The notes below the pieces were generated by a model. That model made no database searches and was not told the origin of the DNA. It saw nothing but the letters and a program-made list of their open reading frames with translations. Shown here in pieces: positions 34,400 to 47,909 of a DNA stretch of 64,000 nucleotides. A program made the translations under genes and the position numbers. This DNA comes from Phallusia mammillata (taxonomy: Eukaryota): positions 11,904,001 through 11,968,000 of the forward strand of contig OZ281496.1 of NCBI GenBank assembly GCA_965637545.1, given 5' to 3'. Within the stretch, counting starts at the first letter, position 1; each line of letters opens with the position of its first letter.

Positions 34400-35230
34400 A
34401 TGCCTACGGATGGAGTTATCAACCAACCACCAGTCGAGACCGACCCGTTTGCAATCGACCGAAGTGACGAGGTCGAGACCAGATTTAACTTCCGACGCCA
34501 GGAAGTCTATCCAGGTCCTTCGAGACTTTCGCCAAGATTTTGATGGGATTATACAGGCCCCAAATAGGAAAGTCACTTTCTACTGTACATTATCTGTCAC
34601 TGCCAAGACCCTTGCTCAGAACCTCTCCGATTCAAAAAAAGCCGTGTACGCGTCAGCGTTTTTCGAGGACGACGTAAAAGTGACGATGCATACGTACCAC
34701 CCGCAATCAAAAAGCAGCCAATAGCGTATCTGCCAGAAGAAAAAAAAACACGCCAGTCATCCGCATTTGTTAAACGACCCCGTCCAGAAATCTTTGGGGA
34801 AAAGTTCTTCATTATGAAGAAATCTCGACTCGAAGAGAAACATCTGCCACGTTCCCTCCATCTCGGTAAGTTTGGTGTCACTGTCCACTACACCGGACAG
34901 CCAGAAGAATATGCCTTATGTAAGAAGACTGGCCACAGTAAGGATCGTTCCTCGAAAAAACAGCCAGGCATCAGCGACAGGAACAGGGAGCCGCCCCAGG
35001 AGAAGAAGCCGCCGACCCCCGGGAAAGCATACCATCTCACCCCGGAGAGTCGAGCGATGACCAGCCTCTAACACCACCCCCAAGAAAGAACGACCACTCC
35101 TCCAACAAGTGACAGCCACATCCACCACACAAAACCAAAATCAGCAGCAGCCGGCTCACGAAGAAGAACCAGAGAGCCCACTTCCCCTAACAACACCTCC
35201 AGCACCACCAACAACATCGATGTCCTGATG
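34400..35230 (+). mobile_element. LINE (L1/Tx1-like) ORF1 remnant
   Basis: VTVHYTGQPEEYALCKKTGH (decayed CCHC knuckle) followed by low-complexity tail. Confidence 0.5.
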
Positions 35231-36383
35231 ACCCATTTTGAAGAGAAACCTGAATGCATTGTACCAAAATACCCATCAGGTACCCGGTGGTCAGCTCTAA
35301 CTGATGCCACAAAAGCAGTTTTAATTGGGTACCACCAGTTTCAAAGTGCTCTCCCGGAAATCTCTTGGGATGCTACTCAAAATGGCAGCACACGAAATGA
35401 AGCAGGTGCATTGGCCAAACACATGAACACCCTTGAAGTTGCCCTAATGTGCATACTTTGGAACAATAATTTGCATCACTTCAATACTAGTAGAAAGTTG
35501 CTTCAAAGTTCCACTATCGAACTGACACCAGCCATTGATCTGCTGAAGAGCTTGGTTAAATTCTTGGATGACTGCAGAGAGAATTTTGACTGTTACGAAC
35601 AACAGGCACGTGATCGCTGTGGCAGCAGCACATATAAATCTGAAAGTCGGCGAGCACCAAAAGCATGTCAGTGATGGAGCTGCTACAGATGATGGGGAAG
35701 GAATGCCGGGTCAGCAAAAATTTAAAATCAACACGTTTTATGTGATCATCGACCAACTGAAGAGTGCACTCATAAACGCATCGATGCATATTCCATGGTG
35801 CTGCAGAGGTTAGGGGTTTTGACTGAGTACGACTTTATGTCTATTAAAGACATCGATGTTGCTGTTGCAGGTCTGGTTGGTATGTATTCAAAGGACCTGT
35901 CTTCCGACTTCCCATCAGAATTTCGTCAGTTTATGTGCTGGTATAAAGAACAAAGACGCGATGAAACAGCAGCAACAGGAAGTGCCCAGAAGATACACTA
36001 AAGTAGCACTTAGAATGTACTTGTCAGTAATGGGTACGAATTGCTCGGGGGAACGCTCGTTTTAACAACTGAAACAAAGACGTTAAACGATCAACAATGT
36101 GTCAACAACGTCTTGGTACAACGGCACTTTTGTGTATTGAAAGCGATCTACTCCGTAAGATTGATATCCAACAACTAGGTAACCCGTTTTCAATTGCAAA
36201 ATCGCGCAAAGTTGTTATTTAGACCAAGTTTTTGCGCGGTACCCTGTGTTATAGTTGCAACAACGATCTTTGTAACATTGAATTGGCAACACTGATAATT
36301 CCTATTTATTAGTTGGCAACCCTGATTTTCGGGCCACTTATAAAATGTGCCTACAGGCCAGCAGATCCTTAATCCGGCACTGG
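35228..36383 (+). mobile_element. hAT Tip100-like 3' fragment with right TIR
   Basis: PSGTRWSA, LLQSSTIEL, TNCSGERSF; end TAATCCGGCACTG. Confidence 0.75.
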
Positions 36384-36529
36384 GTGTAGCAAGTGCCACC
36401 AACTCAAACGCAATGAAGTAGACTGTGCATGGAATTTAAGGGACTTCACCACACCATTAATTAGTTACCTTTTGTGTTTATTTTTTCTTGTTGTTACAAG
36501 GACTCTGCCCGCGGATTTAATTAATGCAT

Positions 36530-39135
36530 GTTTGTTGCACAGAGAGTGTTCGTGGGAGTTATCCCAAATTCGACGTCATTAAAAGTCGAAAAACTGACAT
36601 CGTTGTAAGACGTCGAAATTCCTAAATTTTGTTGCACTTTTGACCACATTGTGGCGACCTCTCATGCATGTGTACAATTGTGATTATCGAAGCGTGCATT
36701 TTGCTTTTTTCTCGTTGTGTCGTTGTCGCCTTATAAGCGCGTTTTCAGTGTTGCGCGCCCTTCTATTATTATCGAACTTCAATGAAATAAAGCATTCGCT
36801 TTCCTGGAACGAATTTTGAAGTTCATGGAATCTGTGTCCCTTAAGCTTCCGACGTTCTTTGGCTACAGCAAGTGGAAGCTCAATTTGCTTTGAAGAAGAT
36901 TGTTGCTGACGAAACTAAGTTTATTATGTTGTGTCAGGATTGGACCAAGCTACAGCAGCTCGCTTAATTGATCTTGCTTGAACGCCCATCGGCAGAAGGT
37001 AAATACAAAGCAATTAAAAAAAGGCTGCTTCAACCGTTTTTTCCAGACAGGAACGTGCAGCGCGTCTTTTGAACATGCCTCCTTTCGGTGACAAAAAACC
37101 ATCGGCTTTCATGGATGAGATGCTTTCTCTACTTGGAAATCACAATTCGTGTTTACTTTTTGAACACTTGTTTCGCCAACAGATGCCCGAGGATATCCGA
37201 TTGGTATTGGCGCAAGAAGATACACAAGATCTGCGCCAATTAGCCCAGAAGGCCGACGTATTGTGGCTTTCTGGCGATCGCAACGCGGAGTTTGCACACG
37301 TCAAGGTATGCTTGCCCGCAGTGACAGCAAGAAGCCTTCCGGCATGTGCTACTTCCACTGGCGTTTTGGATCCGATGCAAACCAATGCCGTCCACCATGT
37401 ACTTTCCAGGGAAACAGCAAGGCCGTTTGCCTTGAATGGCTGGGGCAACCGGCAATTCTTTCAGCTTTTTCTTTCTCCGGGATAAAGTCTCTGGGCGCAA
37501 TTTCTTGGTTGACACGCGTGCTGAAGTAAGTGTAATTCCGCCTACTGGTGCTGAGCGACGTGCCAGCACTAAGGGTTTCTTTCTTAAGGCCGCTAATGGA
37601 AGTTCCATAGCTACTTACGGCTACAAACTTCATTTTTCAGCTGGAGTTTTTAAATGGAGGTTTGTGTTGGCTGATGTTTCGCGTCCACTGCTTGGTGCAG
37701 ATTTTCTCCGTGCTAATCGTTTATTGGTCGACATTGACAAAAAACGTCTGGTAAGTTTTCCCATGAAAAGGTCTCTTTGTCAACCGCCACAGCTTAGCAC
37801 TCTTTACTCTTTGCTTTCTCCATACGACAAGCTGTTGCAGATGTTTCCCAGGTAAAAATCCCCAGTTTTCAGATGCTTTGCCCAAACACGGTGTGCAACA
37901 TCACATTGTGACCACAGGCCAACTTGTGCATTGCCGCGTCAGGCGCCTCTCGCCTGAGAAGTTGTTGTTGGCAAACAACGCCTTTCCAATCACGGACTTG
38001 TTGTTAATCGTTAATCCTCAGAAACGTGAGTTCGGCAAAAGCAGCATACAGTTTCTCGGCCACTTGGTCGACCAACATGGAAACCTCTTCCTGCAAAAGT
38101 TTATGCCATCCGAAATTCCACTTGGTCGATCCAACATGGAAACCTCTTCCTGCAAAAGTTGATGCCATCCGAAATTTTTCTGTGCCACAAACGGTCAAGG
38201 GCTTACAGGAGTTTTCGGGTATGCTCAACTTCTATCACAGATTTCTGCCAAACATTGCAACCATCATGAAGCCACTGTATAGTTCCTTATCTGGTAAACC
38301 AAAGGAACTCACATGGACTTGAGATGAAAGAAGCCTTGCTCGTGCGACCCTGTTGCATCACCCACAGTGGCAAGCCAGCATAGCACTTACAGTTGATGCT
38401 TCTCAACAGCTGTTGGTGCAGTACTCGAACAGTTTACAGAAGGTCATTGGGCCCCTCTTGCGTTTTTCAGCCGTCAGCTGCGAAAACCCGAAACCAAGTA
38501 CAGCGCCTTTGATCGCGAACTTTTAGCACTTCACCCGGCCATAAGGCACTTTGGCTATTTTCTTGAAGGGCGCAAGTTTACAGCGTTTACCGATCATAAA
38601 CCCCTTACTTTCGCATTCAAGAAGGTTTCTGAGCTCGACAGCAACGTCATCTGTCGTGTATTTCGAAGTATACAACAGATGTCAGACACATCAGCGGCAA
38701 GTCAAACACTGTCGCAGATGCACTTTCTAGATCGTTTGTAAATGCTCTACACAGTTCTTTGACGAATTTTGATCATAAGGCTCTTGCTGAAGCGCAACAG
38801 ACGGATGAAGTTCAATCTTACCGCACTGCAGTTACTGGGTTGCCTCTTAGGGATGTTCCAATTGAAGCCTTGTCGACTACTATTCTATGTGATGTTTCTT
38901 TCGGACGACCACGTCCTGTTGTTCCCTGCTCCTGGCAAAGGAAAGTTTTTAACGCCATCCACGGGTTGTCACATCCTTCCATTCGCACCACGAGGAAGCT
39001 TATATCATCCAAGTTTGTTTGGCATGGGCTGAAAAAGAATGTTGCGTTGTGGGCTAAACGATGCCTTGCTTTAAGCGCGTTTTCAGTGTTGCGCGCCCTT
39101 CTGTTATCGAACTGCAATGAAATAAAGCATCCGCT
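36530..39135 (+). mobile_element. Internally deleted, decayed Gypsy LTR retrotransposon
   Basis: gag from ATG 36825 (MESVSLKLPTF), protease NFLVDTRAEVSVIP, partial RT (FLGHLV, FSGMLNFYHRFLPN), RNase H, integrase Zn domain (HGLSHP..T..WHGLKK); LTR-like direct repeat at ~36733-36800 and ~39073-39135. Confidence 0.9.
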
Positions 39136-40084
39136 ATAGACCAGGGGTGTCAAACTCGCGGCCCACAACCACTTCACAACAATTGCATTCTTCTGTACGA
39201 TTAATCGGCTAATTTCTTTCGGCTGAAACCGAGTCGGCCTATTCAGCAGTTTTGCCGAATAAAATCGGCCGAATCAACCGAATGATTTACGACTTCTGAG
39301 CAGCCCTTTCGTATTTGAATTGCTTTGTGACGTAAAATTTGTGTATTGTTTAATGATAGTCGCATTTGTGACAAAACTTTGAATAACAAGACAGCTAGCA
39401 AATCTGAACAGTGTTTAATTTAGCTTCAGTAAAAGAAGCTTAGAGTTAGAAGAAGTGTAGGGATGAATAAAAATGGGCCGCATCTGGCGAAATCACCAGC
39501 CACCACATTTTTTGTCAGTTTACAATTGCGGCTCGTTCCGATCAAAGTATATATAAAAACACAAGTAGTTCAACCCATTGTTACGCCATAGAGCCGCATG
39601 GACGCCATTTTGTGTCCAAATTAATACAGCAAGTGCAGGGAAAAACACATAAATTGTCTGATTTTTACAAACTTGTAGGCTTTAACGCGAAATTAGTACA
39701 CAAAATCGAATAAAAGGGTTCTAACATTTGAGCGTGATAATGCACGCTGAATTCAAATATTTAAAGTTTACATAAACAATAAGCGGCAAAATTTACATGA
39801 AAAAAAAGCAATTTAGCTTTTAATATTGCGTTGAAATGTTAGAACCCGAAATTTGCCTTCAATTTGGATGATCAAATTCACGTTTAACCTCTCCAGTTTG
39901 TAAATATCAAACGATTTAGGTGTTATTTTCCTCTACCCAAAGTGTCATTTTGGACACAAAATGGCCCCATAGGCTTTATTGCGTAACAATAGGTTGGACC
40001 ACTTGTGTTTAACCTAGACTTTGGTTCCGGTTGGTGCATTGTGCATTGTCTTTTGTTTGTGAACATTTGCAGTTATTTTCGAAA

Positions 40085-40270
40085 TTTAACCCTTTCATGC
40101 AAGTGGGACGCAGTTCCTTTTTTTGGGGGGATATTTTTGACGATTTTATTTGGGTAATTGAGATATTCTGTGCGGTTTCAAATCCCACAGATCCTTACTA
40201 ATCTGTGTAAAATCGTCTGGCGTCCAGAATAGACTGTTAAAACGTGTCCAAAGCGCGAGAGGGGTAAATC
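40085..40270. mobile_element. piggyBac-like MITE
   Basis: TTAA|CCCT...AGGGG|TAAA termini; second copy at ~12130-12250. Confidence 0.55.
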
Positions 40271-40317
40271 TTTTTTATTTCAGGATTAATTATCACAGAG
40301 TCACAAAGTGGTAAAAA

Positions 40318-41970
40318 ATGGGCAAACGAAAGGCAGAAAGTGATATTAGGCGTGAATTTAATAAACAGTGGGAAAACGACTTGTTATTTATAGCGAGTCC
40401 ATCAGGAAAACCGTTGTACATTGTATGCAAAAGCATTATTTCACAGAATAGGAGTCATGATCTTAACAGACATTATAAAACACAACATCAGACTGAAATT
40501 GAAGGTAAACTGAAGCTCGTGCTTGGTTCTGAGTTACGAAGAGAAAACGTGGTCAAGAAAAAGCAAGAAATTAGAAGGCGGCAATTTGTATTTACTAAAA
40601 GAAGTTGTGAAAGTTTGGCGATGACGGAAGCTTCTTATGAAATTGCTTTAATGCTGGCCAAAAAAAGAAATCATTCTCTGACGGAGAAGAAATTGTTAAG
40701 CCTTGTCTCAGAATATTTGCAAATTGTCTTTGTAGTAAAAACATTGAAAAGAAAGCAGATGAAATTGCTTTATCAAAACAAACTGTTACGAGACGCACAG
40801 AAGAACTTGCTAATGATGTGTCTCAGCAATTGAAAGACCTTGTCCAATCTTGCATATTTTTTTATTAGCGTTGGATGTATCAACTGACGTAAGTGATTTA
40901 GCCTAGTTATGCATATTTATACGAGGAATTGATGATAATTTCAATGTCTTTGAAGAACTTCTCTGTCTCGAGTCACTTCATGAAATAACAAGAGGATCAG
41001 ATGTTTTTGACAAAGTAAAATCATGCCTAGAAAATTTACAAATAGATTGTAGTAAACTCGTCAGTGTGTGTACTGACGGAGCCCCATCAATGATTGGAAG
41101 AGTTGCTGGCACTACTACTTTGCTTGATAAATTTATAAATCGTCCTCTTCTGAAATATCACTCTATTACAGTGCTTTTCAACCGGGTGTATTGTACACCC
41201 CAGGGTGTACCATAATTTTTAAAGGGTGTATCACTTTGATGGGGTGTACTGGGGTGTACCAGATACAAAACATAATATACCTATGACCAGGTATCACAAT
41301 ATGCAAGTTTCAGTTTCAGAACAGACTGACTGTAAGTACAATACAAGGCACAACATGCATCTCAAGTGTTCATAGATTTTAAGTTACAAAACTCTATTTG
41401 AGACATCATAATTTAATATTTCACTTGATACCTTTCAGATGTAGAAAGTGAATTATGGATTATGGCTTGTTGTTATTGCGCTCATCATCATTTCTGTTAG
41501 GATCACAGATTCAGTGTGTTACAGGGTTGAATACTTTTTTACTGGGGGTGTACAAATTTTGTGTAAATGTTAAAAGGGTGTACCGTTTCAAAAAAGGTTG
41601 ACAAGCACTGCTCTATTATACATCAAGAGTCATTGTGTGGAAAAACTTTTAAATTTGCAGCATGTTATGTTACCGGTTGTGAAATGTGTAAATAAAATTA
41701 GAGCAAGAGCATTTTCATTAACAGGCGGGAATTGAGAGAATATTGTGAGATGTTAGATTTGGAATACTGTGAACTAGTACTTCATTGTGAGGTGCGGCGG
41801 CTTTCTATGACTTTCTTGAAGAGAAAAAATGAGCTACCCGAGGAAAGAGCTCTTTTATGTGACAACAACTGGCTGCTCGGTTTGGCATTTTTAGTTGATT
41901 TAACCAGCCATTTTAATGATCTAAATTTACTAGGTGGGATAGACGCGTTTTTTGTCGCTATCCAAAAATA
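40318..41970 (+). mobile_element. hAT (GTF2IRD2/SPIN-like) transposase, decayed, interrupted by a MITE
   Basis: REFNKQWENDLLF, CIVCK, RHYKTQH, CTDGAPSMIG, LVLHCEVR, WLLGLAFLVDLT. Confidence 0.85.
41169..41610. mobile_element. hAT MITE nested in the transposase
   Basis: TIRs CAGTGCTTTTCAACC / GGTTGACAAGCACTG; perfect TSD CTCTATTA at 41161-41168 and 41611-41618. Confidence 0.92.
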
Positions 41971-44900
41971 ATCTTGTAAGTTTAGACTAAACTGATGCTA
42001 GTTTTTGTTGTGATTTTGTAAAATATTGGTGGATGAAAATGTCAGTCCGCAATCATCACAGAGTAAGTTGTTAAACTGAAAAAAGGTGTATAGAAGTACT
42101 CTAGTTTTAGTTGATGTGACAGATAACTGTTTCTTAGTACTACTTGTATGCTTCAATAAACGTCCGAAAAGCCTTATGGTTCTGAAAATCTGATGATATG
42201 GGCCAAAAAATGCAATTTATTTTAAAAATGTCGCAATTTACGTTTGACGTCCAAATTTTGGGGTCAAATCCCAACGGATTTCAATGAAACTTGCAGGAAA
42301 TACAAATAACAGTTATTACTTCTCAAAACGACCTAATAGTAAAAATAAAAAACAGATTAAATGTAATTACTGCAAATTACACTTTGGAAAAACAACGATC
42401 TATAATTCTGTAATCAAAAAACGCAAGAAATTGACACTGGAATGCAATGAGTCGCACACACATGCAATCGTGAAGGTATTTAGCTCCTATGCTGTAAAAA
42501 GCAAAAGAGAACTTCGATTCTGCACGAAATATTAATCATACGAAAGTTGATTATCAATGCCGGTTGATTACCCAACCAACGGACTCCCGGTTTATCGTCT
42601 TGCCCCAAAACAAGTCGTATTATATACAGGAAGTCCAGTTAAACAACCAGAAATGTACGTTAAGGTTTTCATGCACTGTACAGATGTTTCAAAAATTTGT
42701 GGAATGCTTGGTGCTAATAAAGCACAAGCCGAAAATAAACCAACTCGTGTGGCAAGTAAAATTATTCACCGCGATGTAACCAGTGGCGAAACAGCCAGCA
42801 CCAAGCAGGATAAAGTAAAATCAAAAGGATGTGGAAGATAAGAAAGTCGGAGCGGATAATCACAGTGCCGATGAGTGGAAAACCATTTTAAGGCGGATAA
42901 GATAAACAAACCAATAAATTACAGACTGGAAAGTCTACACTAGATATTGGAAAAAATAAGAATCTTCCCCTCATATCTCTTCTTGCATCTAACAGTTATG
43001 GGGCGTATCAAAAATAACAATACACGGTAAAAAATCTTTTGAAGTTTAATAAGGCCAGTTAAATCATGGAAAGAATTAAAATCTTAAGCGGTTTAAAAAC
43101 TGCAAACCGATTTGGACCGGATAATAATTTGACCAAACCGGAACAAAACATCAACCCCAAAATACACATTTTTAAAAAACTAAACGAACCCGGACCCCTG
43201 AAAATGATCTAGTCCTAAATACTTAATTGTTAAACTCAATGAACTAACAAGTGCGGTTCTTGTGGAAGAATCACAAAATGAAACCAGCGGTGTCTTCTTT
43301 GTAGCCAAATCTTGCTTTTCACCAATGCAGAGAACGCTTTGCAGGAATTAGACACATTCAGGATAAGTTTTGTTGATGATAAGACTGGGGCGGACTCGTT
43401 CTAGATATTTTTACTTAAAGTTCCTACCACAATCTTACAGATAAGTTTCAGTATACTGATTTTTTATTCTTTAGCAATATATAATAAGTATAATTTCCGC
43501 CCTAAACGGCATTTTTTTCCCTTTTTAATAAAAAATAGGGCGAAAAAATTCTATTTGAATAAGATAATAAGTGTTTTAAATAATATGTTTAACTGGAACT
43601 GCAAGAAATCTGCACAAATTTCCAAGACACAAGAATACATCTGTTCTTTCTGTTGACAGAGAGACATCTTTCTGTTGATAGAGAGACACATTTTTTATGT
43701 GCAAAACGCAAACATGATTACACAATATTCACTCTTACTTAAAAAGCAGTATAATGTGCACAACTCGGGATCTTCCAGACAAGACATGCTTACTGAACAA
43801 TCCCAGCCATGTAAAGAAACAAACAAAACCTTTACGTCATCATTTATAACCAACCTATGAACATGGCAACATTGTAAAGCTTAACTTAGCTTTAAATTTG
43901 TAACCACAGTTACACCTGTTCGAAACCTGGGCTTTTGTCTGACTAACCTGATTTTGGGGACTAAGCTGTTTTCTTCTTTCAAATCAAATATAACATTACT
44001 TTTTAGCATGTAAACAATCCATTTTTTTGCAAGTTTGGTGCACAGTATGACACATAGTTTTAAAAAAATCCTTGCAAACCCTAAAACCTTTCATATCAAT
44101 TGCTCGTGTTTTAAGTAGTTTTAAGTAAATTTTGACGCACAGAACAAAGCTAGCAGTTTAAAGTGTGGTGATATATTCTTAATCAGTTTGACATATTTTG
44201 ACAAGCTAAGCAACAACTGACACGCACCTCCCATTCCCAACACCCGTATTCTAACTTTCCCATTAAATGCAATGGAAACAGAGAGATATTTTGTCGCACA
44301 AAGATTCTAGCATCGCTTTCAAAACGACAGCCAGACCACACGGTGCATGCGATGTATGTGTGTTCGGTGCGAAATTTCTTTTACATGTATGACGTAACAA
44401 TGAACGGTTAACTATATTATATACTCATGAGTATAAAAATAAGACAATAAAATGACGTAAAGTTAATTTGACTAAAAAAATTAGAATAATGTGTACCATT
44501 TTAATCCCATAACCAATTCTCTCTGGTGTGTGGCTGCCCGTTGGTTTTTGTTTGCGTAATCAATCATGACAGTATGTGAAATGGTGTGCATATCAGTAGA
44601 TAGGTTTCACGCACTGAGGTCAAACGCAATGACTGTCTTCCCCCAACGCCAGCTATGGTGACAACTGGGCCTGACGTGGGGAATTTGCCGATAAAAATAC
44701 GAATGCTTCAGGTACCGGAAACGAGCAATCGTCCAATGGTTCGTCATGTGATAAATCGAAATAGAGCCCCAGTGGCGCCAGGGTGCATCAGTCGTGTGGT
44801 GTCGGCCCCAACTTGAAGTAATACGTATTTTTTTCAATTTTAGTAAAAGAGCAGGGTACAAATGTTTAGCAGCGTATAAATAATGCAACAATTTTTGTTA

Positions 44901-45133
44901 GAACAGAACGTTTAGCAGCGTACGAATAATGTAACAAAACAGCATAAAGATAAAGGGACGTGTGAGTAGTTAATTGTGTAAAACAAACTCCATATTCTAC
45001 TATCTGGCACTGGCACAACAGTTATTTTTAAGGCGGCACCGCACCAGTAGGATGAGGTAGTGTGTGCAGTGCTGGTGTCAGTGGTGTCAGAAAAGGGTAT
45101 ATGAGGTAAATGAAAAATTATTTAAAAGTCGGA

Positions 45134-46479
45134 ATGCAGTAGAGGTCGACTAGGAAGCTAGCAACTGGTGGTATTACCATACCAGGAAATCCTTATTGTG
45201 GACCAGGAAACCAGATTGGAGAGGAGGTTACCTCTGAACTTGATGCTCAGTGTCGGTAACACGACAAACAGCACTCAGAACTCGGACCCTCAGAGTACTG
45301 GAAGTACAACTCTGCGGATACTAATCTACTCAGAAATATCGCTAATCATACTGGCCCTGCTGCAGCAATTGTGCGCTCTGCTTTTCTATCTAAAAAAGCA
45401 CTATTCCTTTCAATGTCCCCTACAAAGAAGAACTGGGCACGGATTAAGAAGATCCAGGTCTATAGAACATCTGCGGCAGCTGCTGGCGGAGTACCAAGTA
45501 CCTCCTCCACAGTACGTGGAAACGGTAATATGAAAAGGAGATTTAATGCTAATAGTCCACCAACAAGTCAACTTGACGATATGATGCTCGAGGATGGGGC
45601 AGACATTGAAGAATATGAAGAAAACGGAGGAGAACCAGCCGCTATACAATCAAGAATGGGGTACTCAGGTGGTGGGAACTCTGGGGGGATGCAGATCCCT
45701 ATCACGTACCGCACCACTGCCCCATATATCATCCGAATAAATCTGTATTAATGTCCTCGGTTATCGGAAGACAGTGCCATTTAGGAATAGACTGGAGAGG
45801 GACAACATCTGGTAGAAGATGGCGCTTCACGGACAAAGCCGGAATAGGAACGATGAGCCATTCAACCCTCAGTGCAATAACAACCTCGTACGCAACATAC
45901 GAGCTAATCAAGTTCAAAGATTGGACAATGACCATGTGGCCTTGCACCAGTATGAACAGACTCCAAAGCGGAACCTCAGAAGACGGAGGAAACGGAGGGC
46001 GAGCAAGCCCATTAATATACCTGGATGTAGCCTGGGAAAAAGACTCCCTGTTGAAAACCAATTCATGGGACCTGGGATTCATCGATTCCAGTCTGACGGG
46101 AGCTCAGCTGAACAGTTACGAGTTCCCAATGAGCCACAACAACTCCTTAAAAAGGTTCCAACTCGGAGAAGACTTTACGACGATTCCCATCCAATTTTTA
46201 CAACGGGATACCCATACAGTGGGGAGGGTGACGTCGGAAGTGACAGCGGACACAGTGAACACCAATTTCGAGACTCCCTGGTACGACATAACCACATGTC
46301 CAGCACCTTCATCAAAGGCGATGATAACGCAAATGATAGTATATGCGGATTCCATAACCAAAAACCTGCAAGCAAGCACATACCGTCCGACAGCATCGAC
46401 CTATGCAGCCCAAGAAAGCAACTATATCACGATACCTTACACGATGTCAGCAACAATATGCTTATCGTGCCCGAAATAA
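45134..46479 (+). pseudogene. PLA2-bearing capsid pseudogene
   Basis: GGITIPGNPYCGPGNQIGEEVTSELDAQCR*HDK (TAA 45257-45259; TAG 45140-45142); internal deletion and frameshift near 45690-45750; C-terminal part FLQRDTHT, ETPWYD, NYITIPYTMSA matches element 1. Confidence 0.9.
45243..45533 (+). CDS. 96-aa overprinted membrane protein (homologue of 4950-5240), ORF intact
   Basis: MLSVGNTTNST...EISLIILALLLQLCALLFYLKKHY...PPPQYVETVI. Confidence 0.7.
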   Translation: MLSVGNTTNSTQNSDPQSTGSTTLRILIYSEISLIILALLQQLCALLFYLKKHYSFQCPLQRRTGHGLRRSRSIEHLRQLLAEYQVPPPQYVETVI

Positions 46480-46569
46480 ATGTATATTACTTTTGTTTTT
46501 TCGTTTGCATGATTTATGGTTCGTTGTATTTGAGTTTGCATGCACATTAAAAATTTGTTAACCTTACAG

Positions 46570-47136
46570 ATGTTTCCTTGTAAAACAGAGACCGATAAGG
46601 TTATCCATAACTATAGCAAACAAAGTGTATATGAAACAACTGCGGAATATGCAAAACGAAGAGAAAAAGAGTGTGAATGGTATCGAGAGCAATGTCACGG
46701 AAGGTACAAGAAGCAGGAGATGGGCAGTAACAACCGATGTCTTTACCGATGGCGCAAGCAACATCCTTCAAGGCCCAACGTTTGTGTTGTACTGGGGGCC
46801 CAGGGAGCAAGGAAGGTCCGCCAATCATCACAGGCATGGCATATTCAGTTGCACCTGTCAGACGCCAGGTCAACAACCATCGCCCCGGACCAAGAGCGCG
46901 GTTATAAAGCTACTGAAGCAGATGGGAATAACTGTTACTTACATTGCCCCAATAAGGGATATGGCAGCATATGTTCAATATGTTTACAAGAGCGATCGGA
47001 GTGCCATACCAGAAAATCTGAAAGAACTGTGCACAAAACAAAAATACACAAACCGCCAAGGATCAAGCTACTACGAAACAATTGCAAAGGAGGTAGCGAA
47101 ACAGTTTACAACGAAACCAAGCATGAATCAATTTAA
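46570..47136 (+). CDS. 188-aa ORF overlapping rep 5' region (homologue of 3229-3789)
   Basis: Same frame offset to rep; N-terminal KVIHNYSKQSVYETTAE versus SIAKNFYKSDINKTVAE in element 1. Confidence 0.55.
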   Translation: MFPCKTETDKVIHNYSKQSVYETTAEYAKRREKECEWYREQCHGRYKKQEMGSNNRCLYRWRKQHPSRPNVCVVLGAQGARKVRQSSQAWHIQLHLSDARSTTIAPDQERGYKATEADGNNCYLHCPNKGYGSICSICLQERSECHTRKSERTVHKTKIHKPPRIKLLRNNCKGGSETVYNETKHESI

Positions 47137-47707
47137 AGAGGAGCTATACAAAAAGGACTTTTCTTTCCCGGAATTATTAGCTAAACGCGCCTACAATACG
47201 GCACAGTTCAACACGAAACAAAGAAAATTTGCAAAAGTATCAAGGCGAATGAAGGAGAAAGTTAGTCAGAAAATGGATTTAAAAACAGCCAAAGAAATCT
47301 TTATGAAGATCACTAGCCAAGCCAAAAATATAAATTGGCAGAACCAAGACCTAACACCAGAAGACTTGAGGGTTCTATTGATTCAAACGGCATTAGAACT
47401 ACGCAACACCACAAGCGGTGGCATAGAGCTTTCGCCCCATTTTCTCCTGCACGGAGCGGCCGGAAAAGGCAAAACCCTGCTGGGACAGCTGTTGTATCCC
47501 ACAGAGGTAGCCAGCATCCTCACCAACGACAGCCAGGGGGTGGGTCAGATGGCGTTACGCTTCCGTCATAAAATGTTAAAAATCGACGACGACGGTTCCG
47601 CATTCTTTAACAACGATGCGATATTGTCGGCCGTGAAATTTGTAAATATATTGTGTTGTGTTTATCGTTGCATTTATCGTTATATAGTTCGTTTAACACT
47701 TAACTAA
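46625..47707 (+). pseudogene. rep: Rep, truncated after Walker B (homology ends at 47641)
   Basis: RRWAVT, HHRHG, YVQYVYK, HGAAGKGKT, MLKIDD; 56 of 69 residues identical to element 1 from PHF to SAVKF (hand count); lacks motif C and Arg finger. Confidence 0.88.
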
Positions 47708-47909
47708 CAAATAAAACAAAAAAGGTTAAAAAGAGAATATGAGAGAAAAAGAAAAAAGGGGATGACGAAAAAGAAAAAGGGGATGACGTTATTGTATGTT
47801 GTAGCAGCCGATGTGGTTGCATTGTACCAAGCGTCGGCAAAGATCTTAGCCAGCGTTCAATTATAGATGCATTACAGCGACAATCTATTTCCATGTTCAT
47901 CATCACATT

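Larger units (their letters stand above)
44990..47641 (+). mobile_element. Endogenous ssDNA virus element 2 (same lineage as element 1), decayed and 3'-truncated
   Basis: Capsid then Rep on the same strand, homologous to element 1; left boundary approximate. Confidence 0.88.

Noticed and set aside
42540-43330. Possible LINE RT remnant
   Set aside because: Too decayed to recognise diagnostic motifs
46470-46505. Canonical CRESS nonanucleotide origin in element 2
   Set aside because: GTATATTAC deviates from NANTATTAC and the flanking stem (CGAAA/TTTCG) is weak
45819-46550. 243-aa alternative-frame ORF over the element 2 capsid
   Set aside because: The equivalent region of element 1 holds only short ORFs; not conserved
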